64,000 nt of DNA from Dictyostelium discoideum (Eukaryota): the NCBI GenBank assembly GCA_000004695.1, contig CM000152.2:96001-160000 (forward strand). The letters run 5' to 3'. The notes under the pieces were generated by a model. That model worked only from the letters and a program-made list of their open reading frames with translations. It did not search any database and had not been told where the DNA came from. The first letter of the stretch is position 1. Each line of letters opens with the position of its first letter. Shown piece by piece: positions 22,908 to 50,553 of this stretch. The translations under genes were made by a program, and so were the position numbers.

Positions 22908-23292
22908 AAAATAAAAATAAAAATAGAAATAAAACTTTTACTAACAACAACAAGTTACATTTTGTTTTTAAAAAAATAAATAACAATAATTTTAATTATA
23001 ATATAATTTTTTATTATTTTTAATTTTAATTTTATTTTATTTTTATAATTTTTCGTATTATGTTTTTATTATTTGGTATCAAATAAAAAAGTTCAAACAA
23101 AAATCTAAAATACAGATAAACATTTTATAAAACCAAATTTATTTTAAATTACTTTTTATTATCGTGAAGGAAATTTAAAAAATTATTTGTCTCAAACATT
23201 TTAAAATGAGATCGTTTTTTTTTTTTTTTTAACCAACGAAATTTCAATTGAGATAATGTCGATTAAAAAAAAATTTATCACTTAATAATTTC

Positions 23293-23335
<43 letters not shown>

Positions 23336-23456
23336 CTTTTTTATTTTTTTTATTTTTTTTTTGATCTGATAGACTTAATTTTTTAAGAACAAATCATTTC
23401 AAAATGCAGTATAAATTTCAAAATAAATTTTTTTTTTTTTTTTTTAAAATTAGATC

Positions 23457-23458
23457 AA

Positions 23459-23530
<72 letters not shown>
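23457..23530. repeat. (AAAT)n microsatellite, ~18 units
   Basis: A run of aaataaat... seen directly upstream of the kinase gene ATG at 23614. Confidence 0.9.
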
Positions 23531-23539
<9 letters not shown>

Positions 23540-23613
23540 AAAAATAAATAAAAAAATAAAAAATATAAACCAGGTTTTATATAAAAGAAGGATTAGTGAA
23601 CAATTGTAATAAA

Positions 23614-26566
<2,953 letters not shown>

Positions 26567-26599
26567 TATTGTTATTATAAGATTAAAAATTCAATTTTA

Positions 26600-29057
26600 A
26601 ATTACTTTAAATTATTAATACCACTACATTATAAACATTCTCACACATATTATATAGATAGTTTTAATTTAGTAATATCTCTAGAAGATGATAATAAATT
26701 TGAATTATATTATTCAAATTCAGTTTCACCATTTTCAAGTGACGGATTTATTAGATCATTCTATGATATTGGTAAATGGGTATTTGGAAATTTAAATAAT
26801 CAAGAAGAAGAAGGTGATCAACTAGTGAAAATGAAAAGTTATTTTTCATTTTTAAGAATTTTAAGTGAATTAAGTTGGTTTTGTAATATTTTAGGTAGTG
26901 GTAATGTTCACAATTCAATTGTTTATAATGAATTAAATATTTATTATTATTTAAAAATGCTTTTACCATTATTGAATGATATTAAAATTAATGTTTTTCA
27001 TTATCAAATCCAAAATGATATATTTGCAAAAATTATCATTGGAAATACTCAATACAATATTATTAATTTAATTGAACCAAATCATATTGATGATCCATTT
27101 TCAATGGTTCAATATCATTTATATATTATGGAACTTGAAAAAATTGAAACAAGTGATGTATGTATATTACTTATTTATTTTTTATTTAATTATTTAAATA
27201 TTATATTAACATTGCCTGATATCAATTGTACATATATAGAAATTCACATGTTTAAGAAAGCAATTTAATCAAAGACCACAAAAACAATCAAAGATATTTG
27301 AAATTCCAAATCCTAATAATTCAATCGATGAAATATTAATTGAACCAACATTAATTGTTCAAGATATAAATACATCATTTCAATTTTTTAAAGTAAATGG
27401 TATAATTAAAACAATTGAAGATTTTAATCAAGAAAAAGAGTGAGTATTTGATTTGTACCATAAATTTTATTTTAAATCATTATTAATTATTAATTTTTAT
27501 TATTTTTTCTAAAAAAAAAAACAGTTATAGTAATATTATTATTTTAAGATCATTTTTATATTTCTTGCAATACCTTTTCAAGAATCCATCAAAAACAACA
27601 TTATTAGTTTTATTTGATATTAGGAAAATTGATTTTGATAATATTAATTCTTCAAACGATATTGATAATGAAAGCATACCTCAATATTTATGTTTTGATT
27701 TCTTATATTTTATCAAACAAATGTATGGAATTGATATATATTTCCAATTTGTAAGTATTTATAAAACTTTTATTAAGATCAATAATTTTTTAAATATTAT
27801 TTATTGTATTATTTATTAATTTTTTTAATTTTTAAAAAAAAAAAAAAGGAAGATTTTTTGGAAATAATATCAACTAGACCATCAATAGTATCAAATATCA
27901 TTCAATCAAATAAAAAAAAGATATTAAATGATATTATTTGCATGGATATTATTGAAAATGATATATCAATGAAAGATGTATTTTATTTACTTTCTGTTGA
28001 TATTATAAAAACAATTTCACCAACAGTAAATTTAGTTATTTATGATAAAAGAGTAATGTATTATTATTATTGTTTTTTATAATGATTTAAATTAACAAAA
28101 TTTTTAACAATCAATTTTATTATTATTATAGTACTATATTCAAAAAGAAGTTGGATCAATTTCAAAAATTAGAGAATGGAAAAAGTTTGGAATTATATCT
28201 TCACATCCAGATGCAGTGGTTTTTTTAAAATATGGTAAAAAAGATTTAAAATCAGCAATGTTGGATAATGGTAAAGTGAATGATGAAAATTATTATGGTA
28301 TTGCTGTTGAGGATTATATGAAATCTAATGAATTAAATATACTCTATTATTTATTGAGTAAACAAGAAGAACCAGATTTCACCAATATTGAAAGATATTA
28401 TTTGGAAAATGATAAAATCTATGCAATGTTTCCATATGTCAATGGTAGTTGCAATTTATCTGAAATTGATAATTTAAATGAAATGGATTTACTCAACATA
28501 TTATATCAACTTTGTTTTCAATTACATCAATTGGAAAATCTTGGTATATTTCATAGAGATGTTAAACCTGAAAATATAATTTCTCTAAGATATGGAAATG
28601 GTGGAATCGTGGTATTTATAGTTGATTTCGGTATATCACAATACAAAGGAAAACATTTAGAAAATTATTATTCACGTGATGGTACATTTGGATATCAAGC
28701 TCCAGTAAGTATTTAAATACTATATTTATCTTAAATAGTTTAAACTAATTCACATTTTTAATTTTAACATTAAAAGGAAATTTATAGAGAAGAGTTGAGA
28801 GGTGATGGTGATATTAAAACTCAAAAATATAAAATGGATGTTTTCAGTTTAGGTTGCACTATGGCTTTTTTAATTAAAAAGTTTAATATTACATCAACAT
28901 ACTTAAACGATTTCATTGATAATATGACACAACCTCATGTATGTAAATCATTTAAAAAATAAACTGAAAAAAAAAAAAAAAAAAACTAATATTTTTTTAG
29001 TATAACGATCGTTTTAGTATAGACCAATGTTTAGAAATAATAAAAAGTTGGAAAAAA
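26600..29057 (+). CDS. Protein kinase K2: ~500-aa N-terminal region followed by a canonical Ser/Thr-type kinase domain. About 7 exons. Start codon not identified, so it may be the 3' part of the same gene as K1
   Basis: An open frame begins ~30 nt after the K1 stop, without an ATG: ...NYFKLLIPLHYKHSHTYYIDSFNLVISLEDDNKFELYY...ELEKIETSD. Approximate exons: ~26600..27155, ~27240..27438, ~27517..27750, ~27853..28049, ~28130..28706, ~28776..28928, ~28998..29057. The kinase domain is in exons 5-6: VVFLKYGKK, FHRDVKPENI, DFGISQ, GTFGYQAP|EIYREE, DVFSLGCT. Last exon YNDRFSIDQCLEIIKSWKK*. ORFs 26825.., 27565.., 27804.. and 28216.. in the table are pieces of this gene. Confidence 0.6.
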
Positions 29058-29178
29058 TGATAATAACTTGGATTTATTTTTTTTTTTTTTAGTGGTGAAT
29101 ATCCAAAAATATTTATTTAATTTTAAATACCACAAATATAAAATAAAAAAAAAATAAAAAATAAAAAATAAAAAAAAA

Positions 29179-29210
<32 letters not shown>

Positions 29211-29277
29211 ATATATAAATAAATAAATAAATAATACTTGTATAATTTAAATTATTTACTTATTTGATTTTATTTGA

Positions 29278-29309
<32 letters not shown>

Positions 29310-29578
29310 TTCTATAAATAGAATACTCCAAACATCAAAAAATAAAAAATAGAAATGATTAATAAAATAAGTAAATTTTAAAAAAGGAAAAAAAATAAAA
29401 TAAATTATTTTTTTGAAGATAATTTTTTTATTTTTTTTTATTTTTTTTTTTTTAAAATTTCATTTTTTTTAATTTTTTTTTTTTTTATTTTATTTTTTTT
29501 TAATTTTTTTTTTTTTTTTTTTAATTGAAACACATTATTATTGTTGTAGTAACATATTAAGATTAATCAAATAAAAAG

Positions 29579-30281
29579 ATGTCATTAAAAATTTTAGTAC
29601 CAATTAAACGTGTTGTTGATTATGCAGTAAAGATTAGAGTAAAAGGTGATAAATCAGGTGTTGAAACAGCAAATGTAAAGATGAGTATGAACCCATTCGA
29701 TGAGATTGCAGTTGAAGAAGCAATCAGAATTAAAGAGAAAAATTTAGCAAAAGAGATCATTGCAGTTTCAATGGGACCAAAAACATCACAAGAAACAATT
29801 AGAACTGCAATTGCAATGGGTGCAGATAAAGGTATTCACGTTGAAACCACTGCTGAATTACAACCATTAAGTGTTGCAAAATTATTAAAAGAATTAGTTG
29901 ATAAAGAGAAACCAAATTTAATCATTCTTGGTAAACAAGCAATTGATGATGATTGTAATCAAACTGCTCAAATGTTAGCTGGTTTATTAAATTGGCCACA
30001 AGGTAATTTAATATATATTTAATATTATTATATAAAGTTTTTACTAATTTCAATAATAATAATTTAGCAACATTTGCATCAAAGGTTGATATTAAAGATG
30101 ATAGTGTACATGTTACTCGTGAAATTGATGGTGGTTTAGAAACACTTTCAATGAAATTACCAGCTATAATTTCATGTGACCTTAGATTAAATGAACCAAG
30201 ATATGCAAAATTACAAAATATGTAAGTATTAAATATTTATTTTATTTTTTTATTTTATTTTTAAATAAATAAATTAATTAA

Positions 30282-30330
<49 letters not shown>

Positions 30331-30515
30331 ATAATTATAGTATGAAATCTAAAAAAGCAGAATTAAAAGTTGAAACACCAGAAAGCCTTAATGTCGATAC
30401 TAATTGCAATCTTAAAATTATTTCAGTTGAAGAACCACCAAAGAGATCAGGTGGTGTAAAAGTTGAAAGCGTTGAAAATGTTGTTGAAGCACTTAAAAAG
30501 CATGCTTTAATTTAA
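29579..30515 (+). CDS. etfb: Electron transfer flavoprotein beta subunit; 3 exons (29579..30002, 30068..30221, 30341..30515)
   Basis: 250 aa, collinear with ETFB as recalled: [22 protein letters not shown]...[17 protein letters not shown]...[25 protein letters not shown]|ATFASKV...[36 protein letters not shown]|KSKKAELKV...[27 protein letters not shown]. Donors GTAATT and GTAAGT, acceptors TTTAG and TTATAG. Phases 1 and 2 are consistent. Confidence 0.9.
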
Positions 30516-30885
30516 ATTTAAAATATAAAATAAAATAAAATAAAATAAAATAAAATAAAATAAAATAAAATAAAATAATATTAGTAACATATAAAAATAA
30601 ATAATTTTTTTTTTTAACGTATTAAATTGATTTTCGTGTTGACATTCTTTGCATTTTCCCACATCATGATAATCTTTAAATAAAAATAAACAATTTCCAA
30701 TAAAAACTAAAAAAAAAAGAAAAAAAAAAAAAATATCTTGTTTTTTTTTTTTTAATTATTTTTTTTTTTTTAATTATTTTTTTTTTTTTAAATTGAGAGG
30801 TTTTTTTTTTTTTTTTTATAATTTTTAAACTTTCTTTAAAATATTTTCACACACATACATCAACAACAACCACCACAAATATACA

Positions 30886-32567
30886 ATGGATGTCGATGAC
30901 TCTTTACACCAAGATACTTTGGTAAGTTTTTTTTATTTTTTTTATTTTTTTCAATTTTTTTAATAAATAAATAAATAAATAAATAATTAATTTTTATTAT
31001 TTATTTATATATATATATGTATACTTAGGATGATAAATTTTATTCAATTTTAAAAAATATTTCATCACCAAATAGACAAGAAAGATATGAAGCAGTTCAA
31101 TGTGTTAGAAAAATTTTATCTGTTGGTATGTTTTTTTTTTTATTTTTAATTTTTTAAAATAAAATAAAATAAATAAATAATTAACCATTTCTTTTTTTTT
31201 TTTTTTTTTATTAAGAAAATAATCCACCAATTGATAGAGTTATTAGTTCAGGATTAGTACCAATTTTACATAGATATTTAGTTGATGAAACAGATACATC
31301 AATTCAATATGAAGCATCATGGGCATTAACAAATGTTGCATCAGGATCATCAGAACATACAAATTATATTGTAGAGAATGAAATTCATAAGAGTATAATT
31401 GATTTATTATCAACCAGTAATAATATTGACTTTTTAGAACAAAACATTTGGGCATTAGGTAATATCATTGGTGATTCATCACAAAATAGAGATAGTATAC
31501 TCAACGAGGGTATAGTATTACATTTGGTGGAGATATTGAAAACTCATACAAAGAAATCACTAGTTTCAAATATAAGTTGGACCATTAGTAATCTATGTCG
31601 TGGCACACCACGTCCAGCATTTAGATTCATTAAGCCACTATTACCATCCATAAAGAGTTTACTCTTGACTTGGCATAAAGAGGCGGACATCGTGTCAGAC
31701 ACGTTGTGGGCGTTATCATTCTTGACTGAGTCGACCTCTGAGGAGAAAGAGATCTTTAGTAATGTCATATCGATGGGATTGGCAGAGATCATCATTGAAA
31801 TCATTTTCAAATCCGATCAAAACAGTTGCATTATACCTGGATTTCGTACCATTGGTAATATGCTCTCGGGTCCTGACGATGTTACAGAGTTTTTGTTACA
31901 ATCTAATGTATTGAAAGTGTTTCCTAAATTTTTATCATCACCAAAAGCCTCATTGGTGAAGGAGGGTTATTGGTGTTTGTCAAATATTACCAGTGGTCCA
32001 TCGAGTCAAATTCAAAGAGTCATAGACGAGGGTTTGGTTAAAAGAGCTATTGAAACCGGTAAAAAGCCAACAATCAATATGGACACTAAGCGTGAAATCA
32101 CTTGGGCTATCATTAACGCTATCACTGGTGCTTCCAATCCACAATTGCTCTACTTGATACAGAATGATTGTCTTGATTGTTTGAAAAAGAATTATTCAAC
32201 AGCTCAAGCTCAATCAAATCTATTTCATTACTATTTGGATGGCATTACCAATATATTAAAATTGGTCAATAAATATACCAAAGAAACAAACTGTTTAAAA
32301 CTTTTCAACACTTTTATCGATGATGAATTCTTTGGTACTTTAATTGACGATATCAATTCTTGTTCACCAGAATTTGTCGAAAATTACTCGTCAATCAATT
32401 CTGCACATTGCGAGTTGAAAAAAGTCGTTAAACATATTATTGAAATTAAAAATTCAAAAGGTGAAAATGTAAATGAAGTTTTTTTAAAAAATGGTTTTGA
32501 AAATATAAAAAAAAGTATTGAATTTGAATCTGATTTAGATGAGGATGAAATTGATTGTGAATCTGTC

Positions 32568-32601
<34 letters not shown>

Positions 32602-32657
32602 CTTCTGATTATGAAGATGATATTGCTAAATTAAACGAAATGGATCTTAATGAATAA
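30886..32657 (+). CDS. Importin-alpha-like armadillo-repeat protein without a recognisable N-terminal IBB domain; 3 exons (30886..30921, 31029..31125, 31216..32657)
   Basis: ARM-repeat signatures typical of karyopherin-alpha: YEASWALTNVASGSSEHTNYIV, NIWALGNIIGDSSQNRD, SNISWTISNLCRG, LWALSFLTE. The N-terminus (MDVDDSLHQDTL|DDKFYSILKNISSPNRQERYEAVQCVRKILSV|ENNPPIDRV...) lacks the basic IBB segment. Acidic poly-E C-terminus. Confidence 0.7.
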
Positions 32658-32716
32658 AAAATAAAATAAAATAAAATAAAATAAAATAAATAAATAAAAT
32701 TCAATTGGAAAACTAT

Positions 32717-32756
<40 letters not shown>

Positions 32757-33059
32757 TGGATTAGTTCTGTTTTGATTTCATTAATTAAAAATTTAAAAAA
32801 TATTTTTTTATTGTATTTTTTATTAAATTTTATCCCAATCATTTTTTTTTTTATTTTTTTTATTTGTTTCCAATAATATATACGAATTAGGTGATGACTC
32901 AATTAAAAAAATTTTTTTTACAAATTTAAAATAAATTTTTATAAATAAATAAAAAACCTGTTTTACCTTTTTTTATATTTCACAATTATTTTATTTTCAA
33001 ATATCCTTTTTGAGACAAACTAATAAAAAAAATTAATCAAACATTTTCTTATTTAATCT

Positions 33060-33470
33060 TATTCATTTAGTTAATTTGGTCCAATTGGATTATATGGTTT
33101 ATTTGTTTTATTTTGTTAATCTATTCCATTTGGTTCATCTAGTTCTTTTGGTTAATTTGGTTCTTCTGGCTCATTTGGTTCATTTGGTTCATTTGGTTCA
33201 TCTGGTAATCTAGTTTTTGGTTGGTTCATTTAATTCATTTGATTGGTCATCTGGTTATCAAGTTCTTTTGGTTCATCAGGTTCATCTGGTTATCTAGTTT
33301 TTGGTTGGCTCATTTAATTCATTAGTATCAGATTTTACAGGTTTATCAGTTATAAAAGATACAAGTTTAACAGATGAACCAAATTTTCCAAATGACCAGA
33401 TGAACAAGTTGAACTATTAAAACTGTTAAAAATGGTGAACCAAATGATTCTGTGCCAAAGATTGGAGAGA
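33060..33470. repeat. Degenerate tandem array of a 9-10 bp unit (T)TGGTTCATY(T), ~25 copies with a ~47-bp higher-order duplicate, followed by inverted (ATGAACCAAA) copies
   Basis: Read directly: ...ccatttggttcatctagttcttttggttaatttggttcttctggctcatttggttcatttggttcatttggttcatctggt... The blocks ggttcatctggtaatctagtttttggttggttcatttaattcatt (~33200) and ggttcatctggttatctagtttttggttggctcatttaattcatt (~33280) are near-identical. From 33370 to 33450 the reverse complements appear (gatgaaccaaatttt, gaccagatgaacaag, ggtgaaccaaatgattc). No ORF of 60 aa or more. Confidence 0.8.
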
Positions 33471-34091
33471 TTATAAATCTATCTTTGCACTATAACATCA
33501 ATAATGTTTTAATAATTATTAATACTTCAACAGCAACAAAAAAAAATAAAAAATAAAAAATAAATAATATGAAAGAATCAACAAGTAATAGTCAATTAAA
33601 TTTATTATCAAATAATAGAGATATTATTAATTAAATATGATAATCATCCAATAATAAACCCAAAATGATTTTTAAACTCACAAATTTTTATAACCATTAT
33701 CATTAATACAAATGTCATTTAATTTGCAAAATTAACCTTAAATAACCATTTACATAAAATTTAACATGTAATTTTTTATTTAAATTTGTTGATCCACTTG
33801 AACTACTACTAATACTAATACTACCAATACTATCTCCATAGTAACACCTAAACTATTACTATATCCACTATTTTCTATTTCTATACCAAATACTATTTCC
33901 ATTGACTGAATTTAAACTTGTTGAATTTGTTGTCGAGGTAGTATTGGTAGTAGTTGTTGTTGTATTTGTTGATATTAATTAAGAATGTGAAATGGAATTG
34001 ATCAATAAAGCATATTCATCACCACATTATTTTTTGATTATGAGAAGGTGCAATCAACCATCAAAATCTTTAAGAGGTAATGGTAACCATA

Positions 34092-34103
34092 GGGAAGGGT
34101 GGG
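34092..34103 (+). promoter_or_regulatory. G-box-like element GGGAAGGGTGGG ~245 bp upstream of the ATG at 34346
   Basis: An isolated G-rich 12-mer in otherwise >85% AT intergenic DNA. It resembles the G/T-rich (GBF-type) promoter elements of Dictyostelium developmental genes. Confidence 0.35.
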
Positions 34104-34345
34104 AAAAATAAAAATAAAAAAAAGGTAGGGAGGAAAAAAAAAAAAAAAAAATAAAAAAAGAGAAGTGGAAGAAAAAATAAAATAAATAATAATTTTATTT
34201 TTTTTATTTTTTCATTTTTTTTTTAAATTTATGATTCAACCTTTTTTTTTTTTTTTTTTTTTTCATTTTCATTTTTTTAATTTTCAGTTCACAAAAAAAA
34301 ATAAAAAGCGATCTTCATGAAGAAAATATACATATAAAATAAAAA

Positions 34346-44572
<10,227 letters not shown>

Positions 44573-44826
44573 AAAAAAATAAAAATTATTTTAATTATTA
44601 ATTTATTTTATTTATTCATTTTTTATGAGTAATGAATTGTTTTAATTTAAAATAAAAAGAAAAATTTAAAAGAGTTGGAATTAGTTTTAAAATTTAAATT
44701 TATTTTAAAAGAAACAAATATTATATAAGAAATAAATAATAATAAAAAAAAAAAATAAAGAAAATAACAATTTTTATATATGATAACTATTTTTTTTTTT
44801 TTTATATATTGAATTTTATTTTATTT

Positions 44827-44861
<35 letters not shown>

Positions 44862-44894
44862 TATTTATTTTTTTTTTTTTATTCATTTATTTAT

Positions 44895-46743
<1,849 letters not shown>

Positions 46744-47529
46744 CTTAATTTCTAATTTTTTGATATTTTGGTTTTTTTTTTTTTTTTTTTTTTAGTTTTT
46801 AAAAAAAAAATTATTAATATATGAATGTGGTGGTATGTAAAAATTTTAATATAAAATAATGAAAATCACACTATAAAACAAAAAAAATAATATTAATAAA
46901 AAAAAAAAAAAAAAAATTTATCTCCTAAAAGGGGTTAGGGAATTAAAAAAAAAAAAAAAAAAAAATTAAAAATAAAATAAATTAAAAAAATGAAAAAAAA
47001 TTTGATGAAAATCCCAATTTATCTTTTTTTTAAAAAAAGAAAAAAATAAAAATAATAATGGTTGATAGAAAAACAATTTATGAATTATTTTTAAAATGAG
47101 TAACACAAATTGTTTTTTTTTTTTTTATATGAATGTTTATAGTGTGTGAAGTTTATTATTGATTTTTTTTTTTTTTTTTATCTTTTTAATTTTTTTTTTT
47201 TTTTTTTTTTTTTTGTATATCATACCAATTGGTGATTTAAATTCCAATTTTGATTTTATTGATGACGATGGTTGTAAAAAATTAAATTGAAATAGTAATG
47301 TGAATAAAGAAAACAAGAAAAAACAAAATATCTTTTTGTTTTTAATAATTGTTATAATTGATTTGATTGTTATTTTCAAAGTCTTTTTTATATAAAAAAA
47401 AAAAAAAAAATTTAAAAAATTAAAAAATTAAAAAAAAAATAAAAATAATTTAATTTAAAAAAAAAAAAGAAAAAAAAAATTAAAAATTTAAAAAAAAATT
47501 AAAAAAAAATCAAAAAAAAAGTCAAAATT

Positions 47530-47552
47530 GGGAAGGGGAGGGGGGTTGTGTG
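47530..47552. promoter_or_regulatory. G-rich box GGGAAGGGGAGGGGGGTTGTGTG ~790 bp upstream of the UGPase start codon on the minus strand
   Basis: The only G-rich island in a 2-kb AT intergenic region. The UGPase gene's 5' end is at 46743 on the minus strand, so this lies in its upstream region. It resembles G-box/GT-rich developmental promoter elements. Confidence 0.3.
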
Positions 47553-48947
47553 AATATAGTAATGTTGCTGACAATTTAGAAATTAAGATAATCTATAAAT
47601 TTTTGTTTGTAATTGTTTTTATGAGTATAATTTGTTTAATACCAATTGTATAAAAAAATTTATTTTTAGTTTTTTTTTTATTTTTAAATTTTTTTATAAT
47701 TTTATTTTTATTTTTATTTTTTTATTTTTAAATTTTCCTACCTCCTATGTTTTTTTTTTTTTTTTTATAAATATTAAATAAAGTGGTAGTTGTAGTAATG
47801 ATGTGTTACAAAGAGTATTTTTAAGTGTGGTATAGGGGGTTATTTAAAATGATGATTAATAAAAACTCCAAATAATAATAAGTGTACCCTTAAAAGAAAG
47901 ATTTTGTGATTTAATACATTAAATTTCAAAAATAAAAAAAAAATTTTAAATCAAAAAAAAAAAAATTAAAAAAATTTATTTGATAAAAAAAAAAAAATAA
48001 AAAATTTAAAAAAGAAATTTCCTTTTCAATTCTTAAAAGGCAAAAACAAAAAAAGAAAAAGATGAAATTTAAAAGAAAAAAAAGAAAACAAATTAAAACA
48101 AGAACAAAGAAATAGGAAATATTATTTAAAAATATTGATAATAAAATTATAAAAATTACATTGAAATTAATTTTTCAAACATTAGAAAAAAAATATTGTG
48201 CTTTATTATTATATTTGTTGTAGTATTAAAAAAAAAAAAAAAAAAAAAAAAAATGTAAATCAAAATTAATACAATAAAAATTATTGACACTTACATTAAA
48301 AAAAATATTAAAATAAGACCACAATTTGATTATTATAAATTAGTGTTACTATAGATTTTATAAAAATAAATTTTTATGATATGAATTAAATTAGTAAAAA
48401 AAAAAAAAAAAAAAAAAAAATTAAAAATAAATAATAATAATAATAATAATAATTTTGATAAACACAAAAAATAAAAATAAAAAAAAAATAAAAAAAATTA
48501 AAAAAAAAAAAATATATTTGTTTCACACAACAAATTAACAAAAAAAAAAAAATTAAAAAATTAATTAAAAAAAAAAAATAATAAAAAATAAATAAATAAA
48601 AAAAAAACAAAAAAATAAAAAAAAGATGTGTTAATGTTCTTATCAAATGAAATGTTACTAAATTATAAATTTTTATTAGTATGATAAAATAAAAAAACAA
48701 AAATAAAAATAAAAAAAATAAAAATAATATAATTTTTTTTTTTTTTTTTTTTTTTAACCAATGCAATTTATTTGTTTTTTTCCAGTGAAAAAAAAATCTA
48801 AAAATAAAATTTCAGTGAAAAAAAAAAAAAAATAAAAAAAATAAAAATCTAAAAAATAAAAAACTGAAAGGCTTGGCACCAAAAAAGGTTGTAAGATTCA
48901 TTTTAATTTTAATTTTAATTTTAATTTTAATTTTAATTTTTTCAAGC

Positions 48948-49263
48948 TTAAGCTTGTTGTTGTGTTTGTGGTTTTTCAATCTCAGAATAATAATTTGAAG
49001 TGAAACCAGTTTTTAATACATTAATTGAATCACCGACATGAATAACCCTATTGATGAATTTGCTATTATCAATGACAGCATAAGTTCCAAGTAAAACTTT
49101 TTCACCAATTTTACAAGTTACCTTTCTAAAAGTTTTCAAAGTTCTTAATGGTTCATCATCATTATATGGATCCATTATACCATTAACTTGATCAACTACA
49201 ACTACTGGACAACGTGCATTTGCTTCTGCAATGGTTAATTCAACATTATTATTATCATTATCA

Positions 49264-49296
<33 letters not shown>

Positions 49297-50199
49297 ATAC
49301 TAATTAATTTCCAATTATCTTCTTCAAAAGTATTAACACCAGAAATTAGAATATTTGGACGATATCTATCCCAACCAAGGTGTGCTTGAATTTGTTCACC
49401 TTTCTCTTTACGAGTTTTGTCAATTCTAATATTAGTTTCATGAATCGATTCTTTTGATAAAATCATAATTTGACAACTATTTGATAAAGAGTTCTTGTAG
49501 AGTTTAGAAGCTTGGGTATTGGCATTCAAATTATCACTCATATGAGTACGAATCTTTCTTTGCCAAATACCTTCTGGACACATTTGAACTAATCTAAAAC
49601 CTTTATCAGCAGTAGTACCATCAGCACTACCACCAATGACTTGATCTAACCATTGTGCACATTCATCACCTTCATCATAACATTGTGATTGGTTATCAAA
49701 CATTGCAACATTATTATAAATTCTCTTTTCATCTAATTGTTGTAATTGTAATGGTTTAGTTGAAATTTTTAATTGTTTTTCAATACCTTTTTTTGAAATT
49801 ATTAAAAATTCACCATCTTTTGAAAATGATGTTTCAATTGTTGATAATATTGGATACGCTTTTTGTGCACAATATCTATTATTATAAATAATCATCCATC
49901 TTCTATCATTTTCAAATCCATATTCTGTTAATTTACATTTTTTTAATTCAATACCTTTACATGCTTTAACTAAAATTATAATTAATTAATTAATATTTAT
50001 TTATTTGTTTTTTATACAAAATAAAAATAAAAGACATACCTGGATAAATAATGATATTTTCAATTTTAATTTGATTTTCATTAATTTTACTTAATCTATT
50101 AATATCATTTTCACTAATAAAATATTTTTTCAAACTATACATTAATAATGCACTTGAAAAAATTACTACTGAATATTTTAATAATATTGATTTATCCAT
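48948..50199 (-). CDS. MOSC-domain protein (mARC / MOCO-sulfurase C-terminal domain family); 2 exons (50199..50040, 49969..48948)
   Basis: Exon 1 MDKSILLKYSVVIFSSALL... (possible signal/TM segment), GTATGT donor in phase 1. Exon 2 VKACKGIELKKCKLTEYGFENDRRWMII... (MOSC_N beta-barrel) ...FRPNILISG...EDNW...ARCPVVVVDQVNG...EPLRTLKTFR (MOSC domain). Collinear with mARC1/2 as recalled. Poly-Ser insert at ~49250. Confidence 0.75.
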
Positions 50200-50553
50200 T
50201 ATTTTTAATTTTTTTTTTTTTTTTTTTAAGATTTGACCAATGTGTGTCTTTATAATAAAAAAGAGGCAAAAAACACAGATAATAAAAATTGAAATTTGGG
50301 AAATGAATTAAAAAAATCACGAATAATTTTTTTTTTTTTTTTTTGTCCAGGGTGATGATGAAATTTAAAAAAAAAAATAAAAAAAAAAAAAATAAATGAA
50401 AAAAATTATGAAAATGGGATTTTTAAAAATATCTTTGGAATTTGATTCTTTTCCTTTGAAAAAAATTGGTCATGCAAAAAGAATTTATTGTAATTATTTT
50501 CTTTCTTTGTTTTTTATTTTTATTTTTATTTTTATTTTAAAAAAAATCCCTTT

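Noticed and set aside
31243-31810. Minus-strand ORFs within the importin-alpha-like gene
   Set aside because: They are antisense to a conserved ARM-repeat CDS.
33060-33470. The TGGTTCAT array as a transposable-element terminus
   Set aside because: No flanking reverse-transcriptase, transposase or integrase ORF. No target-site duplication or tRNA-gene neighbour, which most Dictyostelium retroelements target. Kept as an unexplained repeat instead.
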